Below, piece by piece: positions 11,520 through 22,169 of a DNA stretch of 64,000 nucleotides. The stretch is from Gammaproteobacteria bacterium (GTDB lineage: Bacteria; Pseudomonadota; Gammaproteobacteria; Tenderiales; Tenderiaceae). Position 1 is the stretch's first letter. Each line of letters begins with the position of its first letter. The notes below the pieces were generated by a model that did not search any database, was not told the origin of the DNA, and saw nothing but the letters and a program-made list of their open reading frames with translations. The DNA is taken from NCBI GenBank assembly GCA_016200485.1, contig JACQEP010000001.1:9901-73900 (forward strand), written 5' to 3'. The translations under genes and the position numbers were made by a program.

Positions 11520-12506
11520 TTAATCACCCACCACCGACTTTGAATTATTCACCAATCCCGGCCTCTGGATAGACAATAACAGCGCCTCAGCTCGCGCACC
11601 AAGATACACATAAATACCCAGACCGATCAGTAATCCGACTGCCGCGACCATCATCCACACTGCGGGCACCAAAGTTGTTATATTCCCCAATGCTGCCTTA
11701 AACATTAACAACAATGACTCGATTGACACCGCCACAAGTATAGCCGCGATAAATCGCGTAATAGTGCGCCGCGTCGAGCTGTGGCGGAAAACATCTTTGT
11801 GCATTAACACTTCTTCTTCCAGTGTCGTCTTTCCCAAATCGAATACCGCCAGCGCCAAGGTCAGAAAAATAATCACGCCGAATGGCTTCAAGCGATGGTC
11901 ACCGCCTTCGGCTTCACCGCGGAATAGCTCACAAATCTCTGTCCAGGCGGAAAATAACAGCACACCCACCACGAAAAAAAGCCCGATTACAATCGCACTG
12001 TAAATTCCCTTGAACAATGGCTGAAATCTGCTCCGCGCACCATCCCCCATCAGGAACTCAATCACCCCGGCCACATCCACTTCCAGCACCAAATAATCAT
12101 CGCCGTTATCCTCAGGATTCGGCCAGCGCACAGCGGCGGCGACACACAACTTGCGATTAGTAGACGACAGAAACGGCTCGGTCACCACTACACTGGAAGA
12201 AGCGCGCGCCAAACGAAAATAAGGCCGCTGACTTCGATCACGACCTTGACCGCTATAGGCCTTGGGATGCTTGCTGCTCACCGTAATATTGTCGCTGGTC
12301 TGTATTCCCTGTGAATTCAGCACGAACAATATCTCTACAAAAGGATAAGCCCCGCTCAGCCGCTCCATTGCACGGCACTGCGCTGCCTTATCTTCGAGAA
12401 TACGCTCTTCACCCAAACTGTTGAGCATCGAAGCCATCAATTCGTGAATGGCATTGCGATACTCGTGATAACGTTCGATAACGCTGATATAACTGGCAGT
12501 ACTCAT
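11520..12506 (-). CDS. Uncharacterised protein: N-terminal Cache/PDC-like sensor domain fused to a 4-TM membrane module
   Basis: The N-terminal ~170 aa carry a Cache-like pattern (FVLNSQGIQTSD...GRDRSQRPYF...VVVTEPFLSSTNRKLCVAAAV). No TM helix precedes this region. Four hydrophobic helices follow it. I chose the start at M19 (ATG ending at 12506), which is preceded by AGGGAG. The ORF is open up to 12560. Confidence 0.6.
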   Translation of the reverse strand: MSTASYISVIERYHEYRNAIHELMASMLNSLGEERILEDKAAQCRAMERLSGAYPFVEILFVLNSQGIQTSDNITVSSKHPKAYSGQGRDRSQRPYFRLARASSSVVVTEPFLSSTNRKLCVAAAVRWPNPEDNGDDYLVLEVDVAGVIEFLMGDGARSRFQPLFKGIYSAIVIGLFFVVGVLLFSAWTEICELFRGEAEGGDHRLKPFGVIIFLTLALAVFDLGKTTLEEEVLMHKDVFRHSSTRRTITRFIAAILVAVSIESLLLMFKAALGNITTLVPAVWMMVAAVGLLIGLGIYVYLGARAEALLLSIQRPGLVNNSKSVVGD

Positions 12507-12664
12507 GCAAACTCCCTTTCTGCAATCTAATACCCCAAAGTAATGCAGAAAGTTTGCCAACTACTTATTACATTGATATGACAAGAAAATTGTTCTTCAT
12601 CGAGCGCGAAAATGCACCACTATCGTTCACATCGAGACTTGCTGGCCCATTACTGGACGATTTT

Positions 12665-12696
12665 CAAAAAGAAAAATGCCCGCCAGGTGGCGGACA
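12665..12696 (-). terminator. Probable intrinsic terminator of panD
   Basis: The reverse strand reads GTCCGCCACCTGGCGGGCATTTTTCTTTTTG. This is a CCGCC/GGCGG stem followed by two U-runs, about 30 nt after the panD stop. Confidence 0.5.
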
Positions 12697-12722
12697 TAAT
12701 CTGAAGATAATACGAGCTTATT

Positions 12723-13106
12723 TTAAGACGCTTTCTGCAGCGGAATCTTGTCACTGCGACTGGTAATGCGGTTATCGCGATCGACGTAAATCAAATTCGG
12801 CTTGAAATTGGCCAGTTCTTTTTCATCGAGCGTGGAATAGGCGCAGATGATGACCAGATCATCGGGGCTGGCCTTATGTGCGGCAGCGCCATTGATGGAA
12901 ATGATGCCGGTACCGGCTTCGGCGCGAATAGCATAGGTGACAAAGCGTTCGCCGTTATTGATGTTATAGATGTGGATCTGCTCGTACTCACGGATACCCG
13001 CAGCATCCAACAAATCACCATCAATGGCGCAAGAACCCTCGTATTGCAGCTCGGAGTGGGTGACCCGGGCCCTGTGGATCTTGGTTCTCAACATGACGTG
13101 TTGCAT
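12723..13106 (-). CDS. panD: Aspartate 1-decarboxylase proenzyme
   Basis: 127-aa ORF colinear with PanD, including the YEGSCAID self-processing site. Confidence 0.9.
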   Translation of the reverse strand: MQHVMLRTKIHRARVTHSELQYEGSCAIDGDLLDAAGIREYEQIHIYNINNGERFVTYAIRAEAGTGIISINGAAAHKASPDDLVIICAYSTLDEKELANFKPNLIYVDRDNRITSRSDKIPLQKAS

Positions 13107-13344
13107 TGTGTCTAAAGCTCCTCCTCGACCGACATACCTAAATATTTTGACCCTGCGTCTGGCGCAAGGTTCGCCATTATCCAGATTTATCGGCAGCTGA
13201 TCAATTGTAGGTTAGTTCTATAAATGCGATCAAGCCGATGATGGCACCAAAAGTAGGCGCAAGCAGGCGAAAAAGCGGGGGCTACACGCAGTAAATGAAC
13301 ATTTTGAGCCCGTTTGCAACGCCGCCAGCGCGGCTTCAGCGCAT

Positions 13345-14184
13345 TTATACCTCAACATTATCGATGAGGCGGGTTCCACCCAGCCAAGCGGCAACGAGGA
13401 CCACCAATGGCTTCCCAACCTCAACAGTGGCGAGGTTATCGGCGCGGCGGATACTGAAATAGTCCGGCCGGAAACCATGAGCCTGAAGTTCGGCCATCCC
13501 TGTTGCTTCGATCCGGGCATAGTCCTGATCACCCGCCCGCAGGCGGTCCACGGCCTGTTTCAGGCTACGATAAAGGACGACGGCCTGCTCCCGCTCGGCA
13601 GACGAGAGATAGCCATTACGCGAGCTCATGGCCAGGCCATTGGGCTCACGCACTGTATCCAGCCCAATGATTTCAATCGGAAAACAGAGATCGGCCACCA
13701 TCCGGCGTATAACCTGGAGCTGCTGGTAATCCTTCTTGCCGAACAGGGCCAAATCCGGCTGCACGATATTGAACAGCTTGGTGACAACGGTGGCGACACC
13801 GGCAAAATGGCCCGGGCGGAAGGCGCCGCAAAGCCCTTCGGAAACCTCAGACACTTCCACCTTGGTCGCCGCCTGCTGACCTTGGGGATAGATCTCGCCA
13901 ACCTCGGGCAAGAACAGCAAATCAGCCCCCACGCCGCGCAGAGCGTTGGTGTCAGCCTCCAGCGTTCGCGGGTATTTGGCGAAATCTTCATTCGGCCCAA
14001 ATTGCAGTGGATTAACGAAAATGCTCACCACCACCCGGTCAGCCCGCTGCTTCGCCGCCGTCACCAGCGCCAAATGACCGGCATGGAGATTCCCCATCGT
14101 CGGGACGAAGGCGATCTTCTGCCCATTCCCCTTCCATGTCGCCACCTGCGAGCGGATATCCGCAATCGTGTGCCCGATGTTCAT
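13345..14184 (-). CDS. panC: Pantoate--beta-alanine ligase
   Basis: [10 protein letters not shown] motif. A start at the internal ATG (14184, [13 protein letters not shown]...) gives the canonical spacing to that motif. The ORF is open to 14211, but that extension lies inside the 36-bp repeat. Confidence 0.9.
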   Translation of the reverse strand: MNIGHTIADIRSQVATWKGNGQKIAFVPTMGNLHAGHLALVTAAKQRADRVVVSIFVNPLQFGPNEDFAKYPRTLEADTNALRGVGADLLFLPEVGEIYPQGQQAATKVEVSEVSEGLCGAFRPGHFAGVATVVTKLFNIVQPDLALFGKKDYQQLQVIRRMVADLCFPIEIIGLDTVREPNGLAMSSRNGYLSSAEREQAVVLYRSLKQAVDRLRAGDQDYARIEATGMAELQAHGFRPDYFSIRRADNLATVEVGKPLVVLVAAWLGGTRLIDNVEV

Positions 14185-14186
14185 GC

Positions 14187-14288
14187 CGTCAAGGCCCCTT
14201 TCAACCGTCACCTACCAAGACCTGAAACAAGCACAACAAACAACTCGTGTGTCGTCAAGGCCCCTTTCAACCGTCACCTACCAAGACC
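14187..14288. repeat. Perfect 36-bp direct repeat (two copies) immediately upstream of panC
   Basis: CGTCAAGGCCCCTTTCAACCGTCACCTACCAAGACC occurs at 14187-14222 and again at 14253-14288, with a 30-bp spacer. Copy 1 ends 3 nt from the panC ATG and contains its likely RBS (reverse strand GAAAGGGG). Confidence 0.85.
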
Positions 14289-14507
14289 GGTAATGGTATT
14301 ACAGATCTCCACCTACTTCACGACTCATACCAACCCCCTTGACGCTCCCAAATTCTAATTGGGACTATAACAATGATAAATTGGTGGTATAAAATTGGAA
14401 GAAACGAAAAGGTGGCCTTGTCATTGGAATCAGAGAAATGAGGATACGTTTGAAATTGCGGCATAGGAGTCAAAGTGGGAGGGGGTATATCTACAAATAT
14501 AAAGCAG

Positions 14508-15722
14508 TCAAAGCCCTTTACACGAGAACCCTTCACCCGCCGATTCCACGGCCTGATAATCGATACTAATGCGACCGCCCGACAGCGGACGAAACTGCAC
14601 GTCGGCGAAGGCTACGTGATCGGGATGATCACGATAGCTTTCCACGACCTTGGGATGCGCGAAGCGCACCAGCCAGCAGTAGCGGTACTTCGCCTCTTCC
14701 CTTTGCGCGCGGCCGGTAAAGACGCGGCGTACGCCGGGGATGGTAGCGAGCACACGCCGGCCTTCGGCCATCATCGCTTCGATCTGCTGTTCGTCTCCAT
14801 CATGCGCGTTGTAGATGATGAGATGCTCCACTTCGTTCCAGGATGACACCTCGGCGAACACGGTATCGGCGCGCCGAGCTGCGCCCCACACGTTCAAGCA
14901 GCGCTCCGCTTCCCTGCTAACCACCTCAGTCACGCCCTCATTCAAGGCGGCCGCGCCTGCCGTGGTGTTTTCCAGGCAGTTACTTCGCATGCGCCGCGCC
15001 GCAAGCCGCGACAACGCACTGTAGTAATTAATCCGCGCCGCGCCTCGATCAATCAGGCAGGCACACTGCGCATCCGTTAAGCCACTGCCGCCGTGAATAA
15101 CCAGCGGAACACCGACTAATCTATTGATGTGCGCCAGGCGCTCCAGATCCAACTCGAAACGAAATTGTCCCTGACGGATACCGTGCGCAGTGCCGATCGA
15201 GACCGCCATAAAATCCACTTTTGTCTGGCGCACATAAAGGCGCGCTTCATCCGGTGAGGTGTAAATGCCCTGCGTTTCTTCAGCGGAGTCATCACCAGCA
15301 TAGCCGGCCAAAACACCCAATTCGCCTTCCACCGGAATCCCGCAAGCATGCGCGGTTTGCACCACAGCACGCGTCAATTCGACATTTTGCTCGAAGGAGA
15401 GTTGCGAACCATCGATCATCACGCTATTGCAGCCGTGACGAATGCCGCGGACGACGCATTCCAGATCAGGGGCGTGATCCAGGTGCAGCGCAACGGGCAC
15501 GGAACTGCGCCGCGCACCAGCGACGGCAGCGGCGATCAGCAGTTCAAAATCATAATATTTGAATTGAGGGACGACGAAATTCAGAATCACCGGGGCGCGG
15601 CACTGTTCTGCGCCGCGCAAAACGCCTTGCAGAAAATCGAGGCTAACAATATCAAAGGCGCCCACCGCATAATGGTTGCTGTAAGCGTGGTATAGCAGCT
15701 CGCGCATATTCACTAACGCCAT
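14508..15722 (-). CDS. Class II (metal-dependent) ketose/fructose-bisphosphate aldolase fused to a C-terminal Dabb (stress-responsive alpha/beta barrel) domain
   Basis: The N-terminal ~290 aa start MALVNMRELL...AVGAFD and retain HLDHA, GELG, SIGTAHG and IHGGSG. The C-terminal ~95 aa (nt 14550-14834) read VEHLIIYNAHDG...IPGVRRVFTGR...YCWLVRFAHPKVVESYRDHPDHVAF, a Dabb pattern. The start at 15722 is preceded by AGGAG. The ORF is open to 15755. Confidence 0.8.
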   Translation of the reverse strand: MALVNMRELLYHAYSNHYAVGAFDIVSLDFLQGVLRGAEQCRAPVILNFVVPQFKYYDFELLIAAAVAGARRSSVPVALHLDHAPDLECVVRGIRHGCNSVMIDGSQLSFEQNVELTRAVVQTAHACGIPVEGELGVLAGYAGDDSAEETQGIYTSPDEARLYVRQTKVDFMAVSIGTAHGIRQGQFRFELDLERLAHINRLVGVPLVIHGGSGLTDAQCACLIDRGAARINYYSALSRLAARRMRSNCLENTTAGAAALNEGVTEVVSREAERCLNVWGAARRADTVFAEVSSWNEVEHLIIYNAHDGDEQQIEAMMAEGRRVLATIPGVRRVFTGRAQREEAKYRYCWLVRFAHPKVVESYRDHPDHVAFADVQFRPLSGGRISIDYQAVESAGEGFSCKGL

Positions 15723-15775
15723 GTTTCGCTCCTGTGACGCTGGTGGCTGCCGCATGCCTCACTGCGGCACGTTGT

Positions 15776-16174
15776 TCATTGCGACTTGTTCTTGAGTCGC
15801 TCGTTCAGGGCCTCGTTCAATGAATCCAAAACTGAACCCATCACCAGACCGGCAAAGCGATGATAGAGCTCTAACGTACAAGATACCGGCGTCTGCAAAT
15901 CGCTTCGGCCCTGGCTGGCGAAATCCTGCCACGCCATTACCGGTTGATCCTCGGCAGTGGCGTCCACACACAACCAGATCCGATCATCCAATATCACCTC
16001 GAGACCGCGATGTCCCGGTACCGCCACTCGCAATGGTGTACCTAGCCGTTTCAATCCCAGTCGCATATGGTCGTAAACCGATGCCTCGATAGTCTTGCGC
16101 ATGGTGCGCAGTGCCAGTGGTGTTGTTCGACTGGGCAAGATCGCCGCCTCCGTTTCACTTCTACCCATCGCCAT
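15776..16174 (-). CDS. Hypothetical protein (132 aa) between cbbX and the aldolase gene
   Basis: It is the longest ORF in this gap and has the same orientation as the operon. Its ATG is preceded by GAAGGG and overlaps the cbbX 3' end by 14 nt. Composition is balanced and non-repetitive. I recognise no family. Confidence 0.45.
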   Translation of the reverse strand: MAMGRSETEAAILPSRTTPLALRTMRKTIEASVYDHMRLGLKRLGTPLRVAVPGHRGLEVILDDRIWLCVDATAEDQPVMAWQDFASQGRSDLQTPVSCTLELYHRFAGLVMGSVLDSLNEALNERLKNKSQ

Positions 16175-17087
16175 CGCTTCGCCCTTCGCTGAATACTCGG
16201 CTGGCCAATACGTCCTCTGCCTCGATTGAGATCAAATCGGTCTTGGTAAGTTTCTTTTTAGGATTGGCAAATAGCCGGTTGGCCTGACGCAGGCGCGCAC
16301 GGTCCAGGGCGTTGCGCACCGAGCGGGCGTTGGCGAAGTGTGGCTGGGTCATCCGCAGCTTGAGGTATTCAGAAAACGCTTGCTCGCCGTTTGGGGTGAA
16401 GCGATAGTTCTGGCGGACCAGCATGAGCTTGGCGATTTGCAACAGTTCCTGCGCCGTATAGTCTGGAAAATCGACGTGATGGGCGATGCGCGAACGCATA
16501 CCAGGATTGCTTTGGAAAAACTTATCCATCTTGTCCTTGTAGCCAGCCAGGATCACCACCAGATCGTCGCGATTGTTTTCCATGACCTGCAACAGGATCT
16601 CGATGGACTCTTGTCCGTAGTCGCGCTCGTTTTCGGGTTTGTACAGATAATAGGCTTCATCGATGAACAGCACGCCGCCCATCGCTTTCTTGATGACTTC
16701 TTTCGTTTTCGGCGCAGTATGACCAATGTACTGACCGACAAGATCGTCGCGCGTCACCGTGACGAGATGACCTTCGCGCACGTAGCTAAGCCGCTTTAAT
16801 ATCTCACCCATGCGCATCGCTACCGTAGTCTTGCCAGTACCTGGATTGCCGGTGAAACACATGTGCAAAGTTGGCGTCTCGGCGCTTAACGAAAACTGCT
16901 TGCGCAGACGATCGACCAACAGCAGCGCTGCAATCTCGCGGATGCGAGTTTTAACGGGCTTGAGACCGATCAGTTCCTGGTCGAGTTTATCCAGTATCTC
17001 CTGAATATTGGAGGCCTTGAATTCGGCCTCCAGATCCACTTGTGTCTCGTCCCCAATGTCGATTTGCGAAGACTGGCTATTACTCAT
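16161..17087 (-). CDS. cbbX: Red-type RuBisCO activase, AAA+ ATPase CbbX
   Basis: 308 aa with Walker [12 protein letters not shown], Walker B VLFIDEAY, and CbbX-typical [22 protein letters not shown]. It lies directly downstream of cbbLS. Confidence 0.9.
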   Translation of the reverse strand: MSNSQSSQIDIGDETQVDLEAEFKASNIQEILDKLDQELIGLKPVKTRIREIAALLLVDRLRKQFSLSAETPTLHMCFTGNPGTGKTTVAMRMGEILKRLSYVREGHLVTVTRDDLVGQYIGHTAPKTKEVIKKAMGGVLFIDEAYYLYKPENERDYGQESIEILLQVMENNRDDLVVILAGYKDKMDKFFQSNPGMRSRIAHHVDFPDYTAQELLQIAKLMLVRQNYRFTPNGEQAFSEYLKLRMTQPHFANARSVRNALDRARLRQANRLFANPKKKLTKTDLISIEAEDVLASRVFSEGRSDGDG

Positions 17088-17159
17088 GCAATGGTTTCCT
17101 GTTTTAACGACAAGTGGTGGACCTTAAGGCCCACCACCGTTTTAGTCGCCTACTTCAAA

Positions 17160-17594
17160 TCAATACCGTTCTCCTTCCGGTTTATCCGTGGCATAGCTAT
17201 GCACGGTGTAGCGGATATTGCGTCCCTCTGTCTCATGCCGCACTAGCCCGAAACCTGGCTCGTTCTTGGGGCGGTTGACAAGAAACGACATGCGGGGCGT
17301 TTCCCAGCCGCGTGTGGAATCGAATGCCGTGACCCGGACGTAATGATTGGAAAAGGTCTTGCGGCAGTTGTTGATCTCCATGAGGATCCCCGCTGGATCC
17401 TTGAGATCGAACATGGGCATGCCGAACATTTCCCAATAGGTGTTGCGTGGATGCGGATCGTCGGTGTACTCGACGTTTACAGCCCATCCGTTTTTGAGCG
17501 CGTATTTGATCTGCGCGGTGATCTGCGCATCGGTCAGATCGGGCAGAAACGAAAACTGCCCCTGCGTAATGCGATTGCCGTGATTGGTCATCAT
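17160..17594 (-). CDS. cbbS: RuBisCO small subunit, red-type
   Basis: 144 aa with [15 protein letters not shown]...[11 protein letters not shown] and the extended C-terminal region typical of form IC/ID small subunits. Confidence 0.95.
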   Translation of the reverse strand: MMTNHGNRITQGQFSFLPDLTDAQITAQIKYALKNGWAVNVEYTDDPHPRNTYWEMFGMPMFDLKDPAGILMEINNCRKTFSNHYVRVTAFDSTRGWETPRMSFLVNRPKNEPGFGLVRHETEGRNIRYTVHSYATDKPEGERY

Positions 17595-17618
17595 GGTAAT
17601 TTCTCCTGTATTCCTTGT

Positions 17619-19118
<1,500 letters not shown>

Positions 19119-19180
19119 TTAATGCGAGACGGTGTGCTCTAGCCGGATTGACTATAGGGAGGATCTACGATAAAAAACAC

Positions 19181-19217
19181 TTAATAGTTTTTATTGTCAT
19201 GATTTACTAGAGTAAAT
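19181..19217. promoter_or_regulatory. Candidate LysR/CbbR operator motifs in the cbbL-cbbR divergent region
   Basis: TTA-ATAGTTT-TTA (TNA-N7-TNA form) is at 19181-19193. The palindrome ATTTACT-AG-AGTAAAT is at 19202-19217. Both lie in the 118-bp AT-rich intergenic region. Confidence 0.4.
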
Positions 19218-20196
19218 GGTTGGCATGCACCTCACCCTACAACAATTGCGACTCTTCGAATCGGTTGCGCGCCTGCGCAACTTCACGCGCGCGGCCGAGG
19301 AACTGTTTCTCACTCAGCCAGCGGTGTCGATCCAGATCAAACGACTCGAAGACAGCGTAGGTCTTCCGTTGTTCGAGCAGATCGGCAAGCGGATTTATCT
19401 CACCGAAGCAGGGCAGGCGATGTATCAGGCGGTCCAGGATGTGCTGGGGCGACTCGAGACCATGAAGGATGAGGTGCTGAATCTGCAAGGTGTCATCGGA
19501 GGTCCGCTCAGAATCTCGGTAGTCACTACCGCAAAATATTTCATGCCACATCTACTGGGGGCCTTCCTGCAGGCGTACCCACGAGTTGAACCCCATCTGT
19601 CGGTAACCAACCGGGAAAAAGTCATCCAGCGTCTGACGGAAAACAAGGATGACATGGTCATCATGGGCCACATCCCCGACGATCTGAATGCCGAGACGCA
19701 CCCGTTCCTGGAAAACACGTTGGTGGTGGTCGCCAGCCCCCAGCATCCGCTCGCACGCAGCAAACGCATTCCCCTGCAACGCATCGCGGAGGAACGGCTG
19801 CTGGTGCGCGAATCCGGATCGGGCACGCGGCAGGCCGTAGAGCGCTTATTCGTAAAGCAACAGCTGGAGATCAATCCCTACATGGAACTCGGCAGCAGCG
19901 AGGCAATCAAGCAGGGCGTCATGGCGGGCTTGGGGATATCGGTGCTGTCGCTCTACAGCCTGCGTCTGGAACTGGCGGGGCACCATGTGTCGATTCTGGA
20001 CGTCGAAGGATTCCCCCTCCGCTATCACTGGCATGCCGTGCATCTCAAAGGCAAAAAGCTGTCGCTCGCCGCCAGGACGTTTCTTGAATTCATTCTCAAG
20101 GAAAGCAGCCGCCTGTTGGAAAACACGACGGCCAATGTAAAACAATACAGCACGGACGCCGCCGCTAAGCCGGCACGCGGCAAGCCACGACGCTAA
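19216..20196 (+). CDS. cbbR: LysR-family transcriptional regulator, CbbR-like
   Basis: N-terminal HTH (LQQLRLFESVARLRNFTRAAEELFLTQPAVSIQIKRLE), divergent from cbbL. The ATG at 19225 is an alternative start. Confidence 0.85.
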   Translation: MVGMHLTLQQLRLFESVARLRNFTRAAEELFLTQPAVSIQIKRLEDSVGLPLFEQIGKRIYLTEAGQAMYQAVQDVLGRLETMKDEVLNLQGVIGGPLRISVVTTAKYFMPHLLGAFLQAYPRVEPHLSVTNREKVIQRLTENKDDMVIMGHIPDDLNAETHPFLENTLVVVASPQHPLARSKRIPLQRIAEERLLVRESGSGTRQAVERLFVKQQLEINPYMELGSSEAIKQGVMAGLGISVLSLYSLRLELAGHHVSILDVEGFPLRYHWHAVHLKGKKLSLAARTFLEFILKESSRLLENTTANVKQYSTDAAAKPARGKPRR

Positions 20197-20198
20197 AC

Positions 20199-21002
20199 TT
20201 ATTCAAACGTATGCGCGCTATCCGGAAACTTACCCGCATGCACGGCATCCACAAACGCAGTGACGGCGCCGCGGATAGTGCCTGCTTCGAGAAAGTTTTG
20301 GGCAAAACGCGGCGTCTTGGGTGAAATGCCGAGCACATCGTAAAGCACCAGCACTTGACCATCGCAATTGACACCGGCACCAATACCGATCACCGGTACC
20401 GATACCGCTTGTGTAATCTTTGTCGCCAGCGCGGCGGGCACGCATTCCAGCAGCAGCATATCCGCCCCCACCTGCTCCAACGCAATGGCACTCTCGAGCA
20501 TTGCCTGAGCAGCGGCAGCCTCGCGGCCTTGCACTTTGTAGCCGCCAAGTTTGTGGACTACCTGTGGCTGCAAACCAAGATGCGCGCACACTGGAATACC
20601 ACGCAGTGCCAATTCACGCACCAATTCCAGCTGCATACCGCTGCCTTCGAGCTTGATAATCTGGGCGCCGCCCTCTTGCATCAAGCGCGCGGCATTGATG
20701 AACGCTTGTTCGACAGTAGCGCTGGCCATGAATGGCATATCCACCATCAGCAACGCATGATGGCAACCACGCGCCACGGCGCGACTGTGATAGATCATGT
20801 CGTCCATGGTCACCGGCACAGTGGTGTCCTGTCCCTGAATCACCATCCCCAGCGAATCGCCGACCAGAATCACATCGACACCACACTCGTCGAGGATGCG
20901 GCTGAAACTGGCATCATAGGCGGTCAGGCAAGCGAACTTCTCAGCTGCGGCCTTCATCTGCCGCAAACGGGTTAACGTTACTGGCGCCTGCTGTTTAGAC
21001 AT
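20199..21002 (-). CDS. panB: 3-methyl-2-oxobutanoate hydroxymethyltransferase
   Basis: 267 aa, colinear with PanB (LTAYDASF..., VGDSLGMV, KLEGG). Confidence 0.95.
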   Translation of the reverse strand: MSKQQAPVTLTRLRQMKAAAEKFACLTAYDASFSRILDECGVDVILVGDSLGMVIQGQDTTVPVTMDDMIYHSRAVARGCHHALLMVDMPFMASATVEQAFINAARLMQEGGAQIIKLEGSGMQLELVRELALRGIPVCAHLGLQPQVVHKLGGYKVQGREAAAAQAMLESAIALEQVGADMLLLECVPAALATKITQAVSVPVIGIGAGVNCDGQVLVLYDVLGISPKTPRFAQNFLEAGTIRGAVTAFVDAVHAGKFPDSAHTFE

Positions 21003-21014
21003 GATTATTTCCCG

Positions 21015-21668
21015 TTATCTGTCGTCAAAAGGCAAAGGATTGAAGTAATGACGGCCGCTACGCGTCTTGGCCACTTGTTCTAACAACGCATTGTAGTCCA
21101 TTTCGTTATTGACGAGATCGATCTCAGCGGCGTTGACGATCAACAATGGCGACGCGGCATAGTGATAAAAGAAACGGGCATAGGCATCGACCAGACGTTG
21201 CAAATAGGTGCTGTCGATATGTGCCTCATAATGACGATTGCGGCGGCTAATACGATCCAACAGCACCGGCACCGGGGCTTGCAGATAAATCACCAGATCC
21301 GGTGGTGGCGCCTGTACCGCCAATAATTGGTATGCCTGCTCATAGAGCGCGAATTCATCATCGTTGAGCGTGATTTGCGCAAAGAGCCGATCTTTTTCGA
21401 TCAGAAAATCGGCGACCCGTACCGGTTGAAACAAATCGCCCTGTTGCAGTTCGCGTAATTGATTCACGCGCTGAAACAGAAAAAATAACTGCGCCGGCAA
21501 GGCGGCGTGACGCGGATCTTTGTAGAAACGTTCAAGGAATGGATTGTCTTCCGGTTCTTCCAACATCAGCTCAGTATTGAACGAGGCCGCCAGCCGCTGC
21601 GCCAGACTGGTCTTGCCGACGCCGATCGGCCCTTCCACTACGATATAGCCCGGTCTATCCACCTTCAC
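21015..21668 (-). CDS. Deoxynucleoside kinase family protein
   Basis: 217 aa with P-loop VVEGPIGVGKTSLAQRLA and dNK-like layout (ERF..., DR...). Confidence 0.8.
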   Translation of the reverse strand: MKVDRPGYIVVEGPIGVGKTSLAQRLAASFNTELMLEEPEDNPFLERFYKDPRHAALPAQLFFLFQRVNQLRELQQGDLFQPVRVADFLIEKDRLFAQITLNDDEFALYEQAYQLLAVQAPPPDLVIYLQAPVPVLLDRISRRNRHYEAHIDSTYLQRLVDAYARFFYHYAASPLLIVNAAEIDLVNNEMDYNALLEQVAKTRSGRHYFNPLPFDDR

Positions 21669-22169
21669 TCATTCCTCAATTACCAACCGCTCCAGACCTT
21701 CGCGGGGACAGGCCACCGCCAGGGTCTCCAGACTTTGATTGTCCGGCAACTGGAGCTTGGGTGCAATTTCAAATAGCGGGATCAGGACAAAATTTCGTTC
21801 CAGCAGCCCGGTGTGGGGCACGGTCAGGTCCGGGGTCGTGATCACCTGATCACCATACAGCAACAAATCAAGATCCAGGGTTCGTGGGCCCCAATGTTGC
21901 TCGCGCACTCGACCATGGCGTTGTTCTATTGCCTGCAAATTCGCGAGCAAGTCCTGCGGACTCAGGCGCGTGATCAATGCCGCTACCGCATTGATATAAT
22001 CTGGCTGTGGCGGTCCCAGCGGCACGCTGCGATACAAACTGGAAACTTGCTGCAGTTGTGTTGCCGGAATATTGGCCAGATCAACACAGGCTTGACTCAA
22101 ATGACGCTCGGGATTGTCAAGATTGCTGCCGAGGCCAATGTAGGCCACGACTTCTTTATTCACTGGCAT
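21669..22169 (-). CDS. folK: 2-amino-4-hydroxy-6-hydroxymethyldihydropteridine diphosphokinase
   Basis: AYIGLGSNL...R..RWGPRTLDLDLL pattern. I chose the start at the internal ATG (22169, MPVNKEVVAYIGLGSNL). The longer ORF, open to 22250, would overlap pcnB extensively. Confidence 0.85.
   Translation of the reverse strand: MPVNKEVVAYIGLGSNLDNPERHLSQACVDLANIPATQLQQVSSLYRSVPLGPPQPDYINAVAALITRLSPQDLLANLQAIEQRHGRVREQHWGPRTLDLDLLLYGDQVITTPDLTVPHTGLLERNFVLIPLFEIAPKLQLPDNQSLETLAVACPREGLERLVIEE

Noticed and set aside
12554-12766. 70-aa ORF in the gap between the membrane-sensor gene and panD
   Set aside because: It runs through the panD terminator hairpin and into the panD 3' end on the opposite strand. 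It has no RBS or family resemblance.
14187-14288. Possible CRISPR-like repeat
   Set aside because: There are only two copies of the 36-mer with a single 30-bp spacer. There are no cas genes in the window, and one copy carries the panC RBS. It is not a CRISPR array.
13477-14358. 293-aa ORF on the + strand
   Set aside because: It is antisense to panC and continues through the 36-bp repeats. Composition is low-complexity and Arg/His/Leu-rich with no family resemblance. panC on the opposite strand is unambiguous.
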